Source of the DNA: Thermoleophilia bacterium
GTDB taxonomy: Bacteria > Actinomycetota > Thermoleophilia > Gaiellales > SKUG01
Direction of reading: 5' to 3'
DNA length: 57,385 nt
NCBI GenBank assembly: GCA_039811765.1
Contig: JBDHZF010000002.1
Span: 1-57,385, forward strand
This document shows, one piece after another, positions 17,359 to 26,020 of the stretch (positions within the stretch are counted from its first letter, which is position 1; the number at the start of each line of letters is the position of its first letter). The notes beneath the pieces are model-generated. The model was not told where the DNA came from, searched no databases, and was given only the letters and a program-made list of their open reading frames with translations. The translations under genes were made by a program, and so were the position numbers.

Positions 17359-17567
17359 GTCACAAAACCTCGATGGTCGGCGATCGATCGATGTTGATGT
17401 CGGCAGTCTCGCGCCGCACCTTGAGGCGCGACGATCGGATCGAGCCGATCGATCTCGTCGCGCTCAAGCTCTCGACCTCGGTTGCCGACAAGGACCTCGA
17501 CGCGGCACGCCGCCGAGCTGACGGCCACCCCGAACCGAGCATGGAAGCACGACAAGGAGTTCAGCCC
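17359..17567. promoter_or_regulatory. divergent promoter region between the A1-B1 and A2-B2-A3-B3 operons, rich in GATC/CGATCG palindromes
   Basis: CGATCGATCGATG and GATCGGATCGAGCCGATCGATC lie inside a 209-nt divergent intergenic region. No promoter consensus could be assigned. Confidence 0.4.
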
Positions 17568-18290
17568 ATGAGCGCCAAGCAGCGAATGCCGAAGCGAACA
17601 GCCCGCCTGATTGCGTTCGGCCCAGCATTGGTGATTGCCTGCGTCACCGCGTACGCAGCATCGGGCGTGTCGCTCGTGGGAAGCGCAACGGGCGCCGCCA
17701 CGGTCGGCGTCACCGGATCGGTGTCGTCGAGCTTCTCCACCACCCCAGGCACCACCGGCGGTTCCGGCGCCACGGGCTGCGCGGACGAGGCGATCGGCAC
17801 GAGCTTCGCGTCGGCGTTCGCCGCGTCGAACGGCTGCACGGTGACGTGGAGCTCGAACAACGCAACCGGATCGGAAGTGGTGTTCGAGAACGACAACGCT
17901 GGCGCCGTGGACTTCTTCTGTGCCGACCCGGACGGCGCCGGCGCATTGCCGCGAAGCTGCGCCGCCGACGGCAACACCGTCGACGACTTGACGGGTTCGG
18001 GCAATCAGCTGGTCGCGCAGGGCTTCGGCTTGGCGCTCGTCAACACCACCGGTGGCGACGGCGCGACCGCGGGCACGGGCGTGTCGGCCGCCGACGCCTC
18101 TCCCGCCGACACCGACAGCATCTGGGCGGGAATCCCCGACCAGGGCAGCGCGGTGCAGTTGTGCCGATACGGCAGCGCGAACGCCACGACGTCGAGCTGC
18201 AACTTCGTGTTCGGCGCGCTCGGCAAGGGCGCAACGCAGGGCGCTGGCGACTACAGCGGCACGCTGCGGTTGACCGCGCAGCTCACCTGA
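17568..18290 (+). CDS. module A2: small secreted Cys-rich beta-type protein
   Basis: ATG 17568 preceded by AAGGAG. Leader RTARLIAFGPALVIACVTAYAASG. Motif CTVTWSSNNATGSEVVFEN. Has 6 Cys after the leader. C-terminus CNFVFGALGKGATQGAGDYSGTLRLTAQLT. Confidence 0.8.
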   Translation: MSAKQRMPKRTARLIAFGPALVIACVTAYAASGVSLVGSATGAATVGVTGSVSSSFSTTPGTTGGSGATGCADEAIGTSFASAFAASNGCTVTWSSNNATGSEVVFENDNAGAVDFFCADPDGAGALPRSCAADGNTVDDLTGSGNQLVAQGFGLALVNTTGGDGATAGTGVSAADASPADTDSIWAGIPDQGSAVQLCRYGSANATTSSCNFVFGALGKGATQGAGDYSGTLRLTAQLT

Positions 18291-18377
18291 GTTCGATGCA
18301 CGACAACGGCTTGTTCGGGCGGCGCTTCGCATGTGCGGGTGCCGCTCGAGCCGTTTCGGGGTAGGGCATTGCTCGGC

Positions 18378-19400
18378 ATGGATCGAATCGCACCGTTGAT
18401 CGTTCGAGTCGTCGCGCTTGCGGCGCTGTTCTGCGCGCTGCTGACCGTTGGCGCATCATCCGCTGCGTGGGCGAAGATCGAGCGGACGCAGGGCACGCCG
18501 AGCGCGGATCCAACGGGCCGGCTCTTCATCTCGCCTGGGCGCGTCGAATCGGACGTGCAACCCGGCGTGGCAACGAGCATCCCGGTCACGTTGACCAACG
18601 ACTCCGACGGCCCGTTCGACGTGTCGGTTCGGGCAACCGATCTCGGGCAGGCAACCGATCCACGAAGCGTGGCGACCTCGGTCGAGGACGGAGAGTTCGG
18701 CGCGGGCGACTGGATCCAGCCGGAGATCTCCGACATTCGGCTCGAACCGTTCGAGACGATCACGTTCGACCTGCTGGTCAACCCACCCGTGGACGCGCCG
18801 ATCGGAACGAACCTTGCCGGTTTGATCGTCGATTCCACCGACGCGGACGGACCCGTCGGCACAGCGGACACCACATCGATGTTCCGCATCGAGGGGTTGA
18901 TCCAGGTTTTCCTCACCGTTCCGGGTCCGGTGAAGCACGACCTGACGATCACGGATGTTGCCGTGCGCGACACCGTGATCCTCGGCGGTCAGCGATTCGC
19001 GGTGTGGGACGTAACGTTCCGCAACGACGGCACCGTGAACGAGCACGTGTCGGGGACGGTCTCGATTCGAAGCATGTTTGGCAACGCCGCGCACCGCGAG
19101 AAGATCGCCAACTTGCTGGTGCTGCGCGGCGCGACCCGCACCACCCGCGTGATCTGGCGCGACCTTCCATGGGTGGGCGCGTTCACCCCGGAAGTTCGCG
19201 TGCGCGGCGACGACGCGAAGCTGATGACCAAGACCGGCGATCGCGTGATCGTCCTGCCATGGTGGCTTCCGGTGCTGCTCGTGCTCGCGGTGCTGGTGCC
19301 GATCTTGGTGATCTGGTGGCGTCGACGGCAGGAGTGGAAGCTGTACCTCGAAGCCGAGGAAGACGACGGCTCGTTCGAACACGGCGGCGGCGCATACTGA
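18378..19400 (+). CDS. module B2: signal peptide + two beta-rich domains + C-terminal TM anchor
   Basis: MDRIAPLIVRVVALAALFCALLTVGASSAAWA signal. C-terminal VLPWWLPVLLVLAVLVPILVIWWRRRQ plus an acidic tail. ORF open to 18333. Confidence 0.8.
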   Translation: MDRIAPLIVRVVALAALFCALLTVGASSAAWAKIERTQGTPSADPTGRLFISPGRVESDVQPGVATSIPVTLTNDSDGPFDVSVRATDLGQATDPRSVATSVEDGEFGAGDWIQPEISDIRLEPFETITFDLLVNPPVDAPIGTNLAGLIVDSTDADGPVGTADTTSMFRIEGLIQVFLTVPGPVKHDLTITDVAVRDTVILGGQRFAVWDVTFRNDGTVNEHVSGTVSIRSMFGNAAHREKIANLLVLRGATRTTRVIWRDLPWVGAFTPEVRVRGDDAKLMTKTGDRVIVLPWWLPVLLVLAVLVPILVIWWRRRQEWKLYLEAEEDDGSFEHGGGAY

Positions 19401-19449
19401 GGCGAGCGCCTCAAGCGCATCGCTCCATGCGCCGATACCACACTGCAGG

Positions 19450-20103
19450 ATGGGAACCGTCACGCACATTCGCCACGCATCGCCGTGGGTGCCGCTCGCG
19501 ATCGCGTTGGCACTCGTGATCGGTTCGCTCGTGACCGGTCGCGGGCCGGAATCACCCGCAGCTGGCGCGACGGTCGTGCCAGTGACCGGTTCGAACGCGG
19601 CCGTGGTGTCGATCGACACCACAGGGTGCACGCCCGGATCAACGGCGATCGGGGAGCTCGTTCCCGGCACCGACCCGTGGAAGACTGCGCAGGACGAGGG
19701 CGGCGCCACCTGCTCGATCGACTTCGGAACGACGAACGGCACGCTCGGAGCCAATCTCGACGTGCTCGAGGATCCGAGCGCCCCGCCATCGCCGGCGGCG
19801 GCGATGAAGTGCACGGGCGGCGGCTGCAGCGGCCATGCCATCGCCGACTTCTCCGGCAGCGGCGAACCCGCGGCTGGAACGAGCGCGTTCGGCGCGCAGC
19901 TGCTCGGAGCAGGCAGCGGCGCGAGCGCGGTGTGGAGCGCCGCCCCGGCGGTTCACGCGATCGCCGACACGAGCGACACTGCGTGCCAGACTTCGGCGAT
20001 CGGCATGGGCAACTGCACGTTCACCTTCGGCGCGACCGCAGCGGCGTCCGACCCGGCCGGGTCGTACGAGGCGCAGGTTCGTTACGTGGTGCTCGCGCGC
20101 TGA
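19450..20103 (+). CDS. module A3: small secreted Cys-rich beta-type protein
   Basis: 217 aa. Leader WVPLAIALALVIGSLVTG. Motif CSIDFGTTNGTLGANLDVLE. Has 6 Cys. C-terminus CTFTFGATAAASDPAGSYEAQVRYVVLAR. Confidence 0.78.
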   Translation: MGTVTHIRHASPWVPLAIALALVIGSLVTGRGPESPAAGATVVPVTGSNAAVVSIDTTGCTPGSTAIGELVPGTDPWKTAQDEGGATCSIDFGTTNGTLGANLDVLEDPSAPPSPAAAMKCTGGGCSGHAIADFSGSGEPAAGTSAFGAQLLGAGSGASAVWSAAPAVHAIADTSDTACQTSAIGMGNCTFTFGATAAASDPAGSYEAQVRYVVLAR

Positions 20104-20150
20104 TCGATTCGCACGTTCCTGCAGCGCGGCACGCGGGAACGACTCCCGTC

Positions 20151-21263
20151 GTGCGAGCGTTCCTGCATCTCGGGGTGATCATCGGCGTGGCTGTTGCGAT
20201 GGCTTCACTCGCGAGCGGAGCAGCAGGCGCGGCGTCGGACGCGGACGACATTCCCAGCAAGCCCGTGACATCCGCGATCGATCGAGGCGACGACCCGGTC
20301 GTGGAACTCGCGCCAGCGAGACTGGACGACATCACGCTGGACCCTGGCGGCCAGCTGCGATTGGCGCTCGAGGTGCGCAACCGCACCGATTTCGCCGTAT
20401 CGTTGAAGCCAACCGTGATCGCGCTCGTTGGATCCACCGACCCAGGTTCGCTGGCATCGCCGGCCGCCGACGATTCGCGACGGAGCGAGGCCGTCGAGTG
20501 GGTGCGAATGCCGTTCGAGCGGTGGCCGTCGCTCGAACCAGGAACGGCCCTTCGATTTCCTGTGACGATCCAGGTGCCGGACGACGCCCGCCCCGGTTTG
20601 CACGCGCTGGGGCTCGGCGTGCAACGCCAGGTGACGGGCGCGTCGATCGGGGGCGTGGACACGAACGACGCGCACGTGCGCGTGACCGCGGACCTGCTCA
20701 GCGAGCTGCTGCTGACGGTGTCCGGCGACGCTCGCGCGCGCGTGCGCGTGAAGAACGTTGACGGACCGCGCTTCGTTCGCAGTGGCCATCCCGCCGAGTT
20801 TCGCGCCACGGCAGCAAACGACGGCGACACGCTGCTGCACATCGACTCGCAGGTGGAGCTCGGCGCGTTCTTGTCGACGGCCAGTCAGACGATTCCGATG
20901 CAAGGACCGAAGGACGGATATCCAACCTTGCCTCGCGGCGTGCGCGAACTTCGCCTGCGTTGGAGCGATCCGCCGCTCGTCGGGTGGTTCACGCCCACGC
21001 TCGTGGTGGTTGGCGGCGAGGGCAGCGGCGTGCGCGTCACACGGCAATTGGACACGGTGTTCGTGCTGCCGCCGTGGTGGCTCGTGTTGCTGGTCGTGTT
21101 CGCGATCTGGCTGCCGGTCCGCGCGTGGCGGCGTCGACGCCGCGTTCGTCATGCCACCGGTGCAGATCGTGAGCTCGCTCGAAGTCGCGTGGAGCAGCGA
21201 CTGCGCAAGCGGGATGCCAAGCAGCGAGCGCGCGACGCCCGGCGTCAGCCGCCGAGGCGCTGA
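20151..21263 (+). CDS. module B3: signal peptide + two beta-rich domains + C-terminal TM anchor
   Basis: GTG 20151 gives VRAFLHLGVIIGVAVAMASLASGAAGAAS. C-terminal VLPPWWLVLLVVFAIWLPVRAWRRRRR plus an Arg/Lys-rich tail. It is the in-frame part of the longer track ORF 19485-21263. Confidence 0.75.
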   Translation: MRAFLHLGVIIGVAVAMASLASGAAGAASDADDIPSKPVTSAIDRGDDPVVELAPARLDDITLDPGGQLRLALEVRNRTDFAVSLKPTVIALVGSTDPGSLASPAADDSRRSEAVEWVRMPFERWPSLEPGTALRFPVTIQVPDDARPGLHALGLGVQRQVTGASIGGVDTNDAHVRVTADLLSELLLTVSGDARARVRVKNVDGPRFVRSGHPAEFRATAANDGDTLLHIDSQVELGAFLSTASQTIPMQGPKDGYPTLPRGVRELRLRWSDPPLVGWFTPTLVVVGGEGSGVRVTRQLDTVFVLPPWWLVLLVVFAIWLPVRAWRRRRRVRHATGADRELARSRVEQRLRKRDAKQRARDARRQPPRR

Positions 21264-21547
21264 AGGTACTCGCGCACCTTCTTGGTGTCGGCATCTCCCT
21301 GCGCGAGCATTTGGTACAGCGGCTTGGGGCTGCGCAGCGTCTGCAGCGTCTCGACGTGCCCCGTGGTGAGTCCCTCGCGACGCGCGAACGTGAGCAATCG
21401 CGTGCGGTCCGCGCTGAGGATACGGAAGCTTTCCATCTGGCGCGCTTGGTCGAAGTCGCCGTAGACTCCCACGCCGCCTTTGAGCGCCTCGTCGACTGCG
21501 GCCTTGTATCCGCCTCGGTAATCGAATTCGTTTGAGTCGTCAGCCAT
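21245..21547 (-). CDS. small helical hypothetical protein (100 aa)
   Basis: ATG 21547 (MADDSNEFDYRGGYK...). High GC3. Convergent 19-nt overlap with B3. No domain recognised. Confidence 0.55.
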   Translation of the reverse strand: MADDSNEFDYRGGYKAAVDEALKGGVGVYGDFDQARQMESFRILSADRTRLLTFARREGLTTGHVETLQTLRSPKPLYQMLAQGDADTKKVREYLQRLGG

Positions 21548-21609
21548 GGTGCGTACGCTATAGCCTCGGCACGACGACACGCGAGCGCGAGCTTGGAGGA
21601 ATCACGAAC

Positions 21610-21861
21610 ATGGCGCACGACATCACCGAACGACGCACGTTCAGGCTGCTGCCCAGCGAGGACATCGGCTTCTCCAAGCCGGCGATCCGATACGAGATCG
21701 ATGGCGAGGATCATGTGCGGCTCGCGCACGAGTTCAAGGCGCCAGAACCCGAGCTGGCTCGAAAGCCCGGCGACCCTGGCTGGTGGACGATCACCGTGTG
21801 GCTTCCCGTGGGCGCGATGCCGCTCGAGCTGATTCCCGATCCGGACGCGCCACTGCTGTGA
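21610..21861 (+). CDS. small hypothetical protein (83 aa)
   Basis: ATG 21610 preceded by GGAGGA. Its stop overlaps the GTG of the downstream GNAT gene (GTGA at 21858-21861). Confidence 0.6.
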   Translation: MAHDITERRTFRLLPSEDIGFSKPAIRYEIDGEDHVRLAHEFKAPEPELARKPGDPGWWTITVWLPVGAMPLELIPDPDAPLL

Positions 21862-22391
21862 GCGAACCGACGATTCGCGACGCCGAGCCGCGCGACGCGG
21901 CGGCGATCGCGTCGATCCATGTGCGTTGTTGGCAGCACGCGTACGCGGGCATCGTGCCGGACGATCTGCTCGCGTCGCTCGACATCGCTCGGCGCAGGCA
22001 GCAGTGGGAGCGAGCGCTCGACCGCGACGGCGAGCACGCCCCTCGTCGAGGCGCGACCGTGGTGAGCGTGGACGAGTTCGACGACGTCAAGGGCTTCGCG
22101 CAGGTCGGCGCGTCGCAGGGAGAAGGCGCGGACGAATCCCTCGGTGTGTTGTTCGCGATCTACTTGGAGCCGGAGGCGATCGGAACGGGCGTGGGGCGAA
22201 CGCTGCTCGCATCCGCGACAGATCGGCTGCGCGCGGAGGGGTTCACGCGCGCGTGCCTGGAGGTGTTGCCTGAAAACGAGCGCGCGCGGCGCGTGTACGA
22301 AGCCGCGGGCTGGGAAGTGCGCGGCGATCCGTTCGTCGTGGATCACGGCGAGCATCAGCTCGTGCACCTGCGCTACGAGCGGGCGCTCTGA
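21858..22391 (+). CDS. GNAT-family N-acetyltransferase
   Basis: IRDAEPRDAAAIASIHVRCWQHAY..., AIYLEPEAIGTGVGRTLL (acetyl-CoA loop) and ARRVYEAAGW. GTG start coupled to the upstream ORF. Confidence 0.82.
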   Translation: MSEPTIRDAEPRDAAAIASIHVRCWQHAYAGIVPDDLLASLDIARRRQQWERALDRDGEHAPRRGATVVSVDEFDDVKGFAQVGASQGEGADESLGVLFAIYLEPEAIGTGVGRTLLASATDRLRAEGFTRACLEVLPENERARRVYEAAGWEVRGDPFVVDHGEHQLVHLRYERAL

Positions 22392-22485
22392 CGACGCGGC
22401 TTTTCCGCGCGCAACTCGGTACGTGCGTACCGGAAAACGATACGAACGCACCGCTCATGGGACGGGATGCCCTCCCTACATCGTC

Positions 22486-22535
22486 GTCTTGTGCCGGCAA
22501 ACCCGGTGCGAAACACCGGTTTGCCGGCACAAGAC
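22486..22535. terminator. strong hairpin between convergent genes (family B palindrome); possible bidirectional terminator
   Basis: GTCTTGTGCCGGCAAAcCCGGTG-cgaaa-CACCGGTTTGCCGGCACAAGAC forms a ~22-bp stem with one bulge. Lies between the GNAT stop (22391) and the ribH stop (22682). No U-tract. Confidence 0.5.
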
Positions 22536-22681
22536 AGCGACCGCGTCCGGAATTCGACCAAGACAGGACGGAATTCCAGACGCAGTGAACGCGCAGTGGG
22601 TGCCGTCAGATCTGGGATGTGCGTGCACTTGTCTCGGCGTTCCCAGGCAATTCGCTGGCACCTGCGCCGAGACGCCTCCGA

Positions 22682-23221
22682 TCAGCTGGATCGAACGACG
22701 CGGTGCAGCCCGGCGAGCTCGATCGCGGCGCGCGCGGCGTCGCGGCCCACGTTGTGGCCGCCCTGGCCGAGCTGGGCGCGAGCCTTCGCCTGCTCCAGCG
22801 TGTCCACCGTGAGCAGGCCGAACCCGATCGGCAGGTCGTGCTCGAGCTGGACGCGCACGATGCCGTCGGTGGCGGCGCGGCATACGTAATCGAAGTGCGC
22901 GGTCTCGCCGCGAATCACGCAACCGAGCGCGATCACGCCGGCAACGCCGTGACTGGCCTCGGCCAGCGTCTTCGCAGCGAGCGGAATCTCGACCGCCCCC
23001 GGCACGCTCACGGCGCGAATGTGCTCCGGGCGAGCGCCCGACTCGAGCAGCTCGTCCACCGCGCCTTGGTACAGCGCGTCGGTGATCAGACCGTTGAATC
23101 GCGCGACGACGATGCCCCAGCGCGCACTGGCAGCGCTCGGAGCGAACTGCTCCACCGCGACGCCAGCATGGTCGAACGCGCCCTCGGAAGCAGGCGCGAA
23201 ATTGTGCCCATCAGCGGGCAA
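22682..23221 (-). CDS. ribH: 6,7-dimethyl-8-ribityllumazine synthase
   Basis: 179 aa. IVVARFNGLITDAL, VPGAVEIPLAA and ALGCVIRGETAHFDYV. Confidence 0.92.
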   Translation of the reverse strand: MPADGHNFAPASEGAFDHAGVAVEQFAPSAASARWGIVVARFNGLITDALYQGAVDELLESGARPEHIRAVSVPGAVEIPLAAKTLAEASHGVAGVIALGCVIRGETAHFDYVCRAATDGIVRVQLEHDLPIGFGLLTVDTLEQAKARAQLGQGGHNVGRDAARAAIELAGLHRVVRSS

Positions 23222-24494
23222 GCGACGGCTCCTGCTCCGGCGCCGCCGCTCCGTTGGCGCTGCCTTGCAGCGCGCCGGAGAGCGCGTCGTCGCTCAACAG
23301 GTGGCCGAGCCGATCGCGCTTGGTGGTGAGGTAGCTGCGGTTGGTGTCGCGCGCGGCGATCTCGAGCGGCAGTCGCGCGCTCACCGGAACGCGGTAGCGT
23401 TCGAGCTCGTCGACCTTGCGGGGGTTGTTGGTGAGCAGCTGCACCGACTGCACGCCGAGGTCGCGCAGGATGTGCGCCGCGGCGTGGAACTCGCGCGGGT
23501 CGGCGTCATGGCCCAGCTCGGTGTTCGCGTCCACGGTGTCGCGCCCGTTCTGTTGCAGCTCGTAGGCGCGCAGCTTGTCGAGCAAGCCGATGCCGCGCCC
23601 TTCCTGAGCCAAGTACACGAGCACGCCGCGTCCCGCCGACTCGATCTCGTCCATCGCGCGCTCGAGCTGTTCGCCACAGTCGCAGCGCAGCGAATGGAAC
23701 ACGTCGCCAGTGGCGCAGGAGCTGTGCACGCGAACGAGCACGTCCTCCGAGCCTGCGACGTCGCCCTTCACGAGCGCCATGTGCTCCAAGCCATCGACGG
23801 TGCCGCGGTAGCCGTACACCTCGAACTCGCCGCGACGGGTCGGCAGCGCGGCGCGCGCGGTGCGCTCCACGTGCAGCTCGGTGCGGCGGCGGTACTCGAT
23901 CATGTCCTCGATCGAGATCATCTTCAGATCGTGCTTCTTGGCGAACTCGAGCAGCTCGGGTACACGAGCCATCGTGCCGTCGTCGTTCATGACCTCGCAG
24001 ATCACGCTGGCCGGCTCGAGCCCCGCGAGCTTGGCCATGTCGACGCTTCCCTCGGTCTGACCGGTGCGCTCGAGCACGCCGTGCGGCTTGGCGCGCAGCG
24101 GGAACACGTGACCAGGGCGGTCGAGGTCCTCGGGGCGGCACTTCGGATCGGCGGCGACGCGGATCGTGTGAGCGCGGTCCTCGGCGCTGATGCCCGTCGT
24201 CACGCCTTCCGCGGCTTCGATCGACACCGTGAACGCAGTCTCGAACCCGGCCTTGTTGCGCGGGTTCTGCAGTGGCAAGTCGAGCTGCTCGATGCGCTCG
24301 GGGCTGAGCGTGAGGCAGATCAGCCCGCGCGCCTCGATCGCCATGAACGTGATCTGCTCGGCGGTGACGTGCTGCGCGGCGACGCACACGTCACCCTCGT
24401 TCTCGCGATCTTCGTCGTCGACGATGATCACCATCTTGCCAGCGCGATAGTCCTCGATCGCGGCTTCGATGGAGTCGAACGGGGAGTCGGACAT
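23211..24494 (-). CDS. ribBA: bifunctional 3,4-dihydroxy-2-butanone-4-phosphate synthase / GTP cyclohydrolase II
   Basis: 427 aa. [12 protein letters not shown] (DHBPS) and [21 protein letters not shown] (GCH II zinc site). Confidence 0.92.
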   Translation of the reverse strand: MSDSPFDSIEAAIEDYRAGKMVIIVDDEDRENEGDVCVAAQHVTAEQITFMAIEARGLICLTLSPERIEQLDLPLQNPRNKAGFETAFTVSIEAAEGVTTGISAEDRAHTIRVAADPKCRPEDLDRPGHVFPLRAKPHGVLERTGQTEGSVDMAKLAGLEPASVICEVMNDDGTMARVPELLEFAKKHDLKMISIEDMIEYRRRTELHVERTARAALPTRRGEFEVYGYRGTVDGLEHMALVKGDVAGSEDVLVRVHSSCATGDVFHSLRCDCGEQLERAMDEIESAGRGVLVYLAQEGRGIGLLDKLRAYELQQNGRDTVDANTELGHDADPREFHAAAHILRDLGVQSVQLLTNNPRKVDELERYRVPVSARLPLEIAARDTNRSYLTTKRDRLGHLLSDDALSGALQGSANGAAAPEQEPSLAR

Positions 24495-24542
24495 GTAATT
24501 CGCCTTGCCTTGCGTTGGGGGAGCATCGATTACAGGACGAGT

Positions 24543-25148
24543 TTATCGCGAAACGGGCAGCAAGCGCGCCACGTAGCGCGCGATGACGTCCGCCTCGAGG
24601 TTCACGAGGTCGCCCGGAGCGAGCTCGCCGAGATTGGTTCGCTGCTGCGTTTCGGGGATCAGCTGCACGCGAATTCCGTGCTCGAGCACGCCCATCACGG
24701 TGAGCGAGGTTCCGTTCACGGTGATCGATCCGCGGTCGATGCAGTAGCGCAGCACTGAGTCCGGAAGGTCGATCTCGAGGTCGAGCCATCGCCCGTCGGG
24801 TTCGCGATCGGCTGACGAGACGACGCCCGTGGCATCCACGTGTCCTTGCACCAAGTGCCCGCCGAGCGGCGCTCCCGCGCGCAGCGCAGTTTCGAGATTC
24901 ACGCTCGCGCCGGGCGCGAGGGTGGACAGGCGCGTGTGGGAGATCGTCTCCGGCAGGACGTCGAATGTCAGTCGCCACGTGGCGACCTGGGCGTTCTCGA
25001 CTGGTTCGCTGGCGACGATCGTGAGGCAGCACCCGTCAACGGCGACGCTCGCGCCGAGCATCTCGTCGATTCCGGGGGCGTCGAGCACGAGCCGGTTCGG
25101 TTCCAGCGCGACGACGACGCCGCGCGACTGCACGATTCCGGTGAACAT
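24543..25148 (-). CDS. ribE: riboflavin synthase alpha chain
   Basis: 201 aa. MFTGIVQSRG and the two lumazine-binding repeats (GASVAVDGCCLT / GSITVNGTSLTV). Confidence 0.92.
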   Translation of the reverse strand: MFTGIVQSRGVVVALEPNRLVLDAPGIDEMLGASVAVDGCCLTIVASEPVENAQVATWRLTFDVLPETISHTRLSTLAPGASVNLETALRAGAPLGGHLVQGHVDATGVVSSADREPDGRWLDLEIDLPDSVLRYCIDRGSITVNGTSLTVMGVLEHGIRVQLIPETQQRTNLGELAPGDLVNLEADVIARYVARLLPVSR

Positions 25149-25235
25149 GACGGGAGCCTATCGCTCGCCATACGGCGCTCCGTGCGTTACGATGAGACAT
25201 AACCAACCAGTCGGCAAAACCAGTTGGAGGCAGCG

Positions 25236-25478
25236 ATGGAGACGGTGGGAGCATTCGAGGCGAAAACGCACCTCGCGGCGTTGCTCGATCGGGTCGAGCG
25301 CGGGGAGCGACTGACGATCACGCGGCGTGGGCGGCCAGTGGCGATGCTGGTGCCTGCGTCGAACACGAACCCAAGCGAGTCGGCACGCCTTGTGGAACGC
25401 ATGCGCGAGCGCGCGGCACGGCGCGCGCCGCTCGGGATGGACGTCAAGCAGCTCATCGAGGAAGGGCGGCGATTTTGA
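25236..25478 (+). CDS. vapB: type II antitoxin, Phd/YefM (VapB-type)
   Basis: ATG 25236 preceded by GGAGG. METVGAFEAKTHLAALLDRVERGERLTITRRGRPVAMLVP. Its stop overlaps the toxin start. Confidence 0.8.
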   Translation: METVGAFEAKTHLAALLDRVERGERLTITRRGRPVAMLVPASNTNPSESARLVERMRERAARRAPLGMDVKQLIEEGRRF

Positions 25479-25891
25479 TCTCGTTCGTGCTCGATGCATC
25501 GGTCGCGCTCGCATGGTGTTTCCCGGACGAGGGAACCGAGGCGGGCTGGAAACTGCTCGAACGAGCCAAGAGCGACGGCGCGATCGTTCCGAGCCACTGG
25601 GCACTCGAGATGTCCAGCGCGCTGCTCGCAGGCGAGCGCCGCGAGCGGATCCGACGAGACGAGGCCACGGACTTCATTGCCGATCTCGACACCGCGCAGA
25701 TCGAGATGGACACGCTCACACACGTCAGAGCCTGTCACGAAACCCTCGAACTCGCACGCGAGCACGGGCTGTCGAGCTATGACGCCGCCTACGTGGAACT
25801 CGCGCGCAGACGCAGCATTCCGCTCGCGACGCGCGATCGTCGGCTCGCTGCGGCCGCGCGCGCGGCGGGCGTGGAAACCATCGAGCCGTAG
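25475..25891 (+). CDS. vapC: PIN-domain ribonuclease toxin VapC
   Basis: 138 aa. FVLDASVALAW ... LSSYDAAYVELARRRSIPLATRD (PIN acidic residues). TTG start overlapping the vapB stop (GTG 25487 is an alternative). Confidence 0.8.
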   Translation: MISFVLDASVALAWCFPDEGTEAGWKLLERAKSDGAIVPSHWALEMSSALLAGERRERIRRDEATDFIADLDTAQIEMDTLTHVRACHETLELAREHGLSSYDAAYVELARRRSIPLATRDRRLAAAARAAGVETIEP

Positions 25892-26020
25892 GACGTTGTA
25901 CTACGCGGCGACCGTGCGCTGCAGCCGCCGCTCGCGCGTTTCGACGACGCCCACGAGCAGTGTCGGCGCGGCGAACATCACGAGAAGCACCCACTGCAGG
26001 TCGAGGCCAACCGAGGCGCA

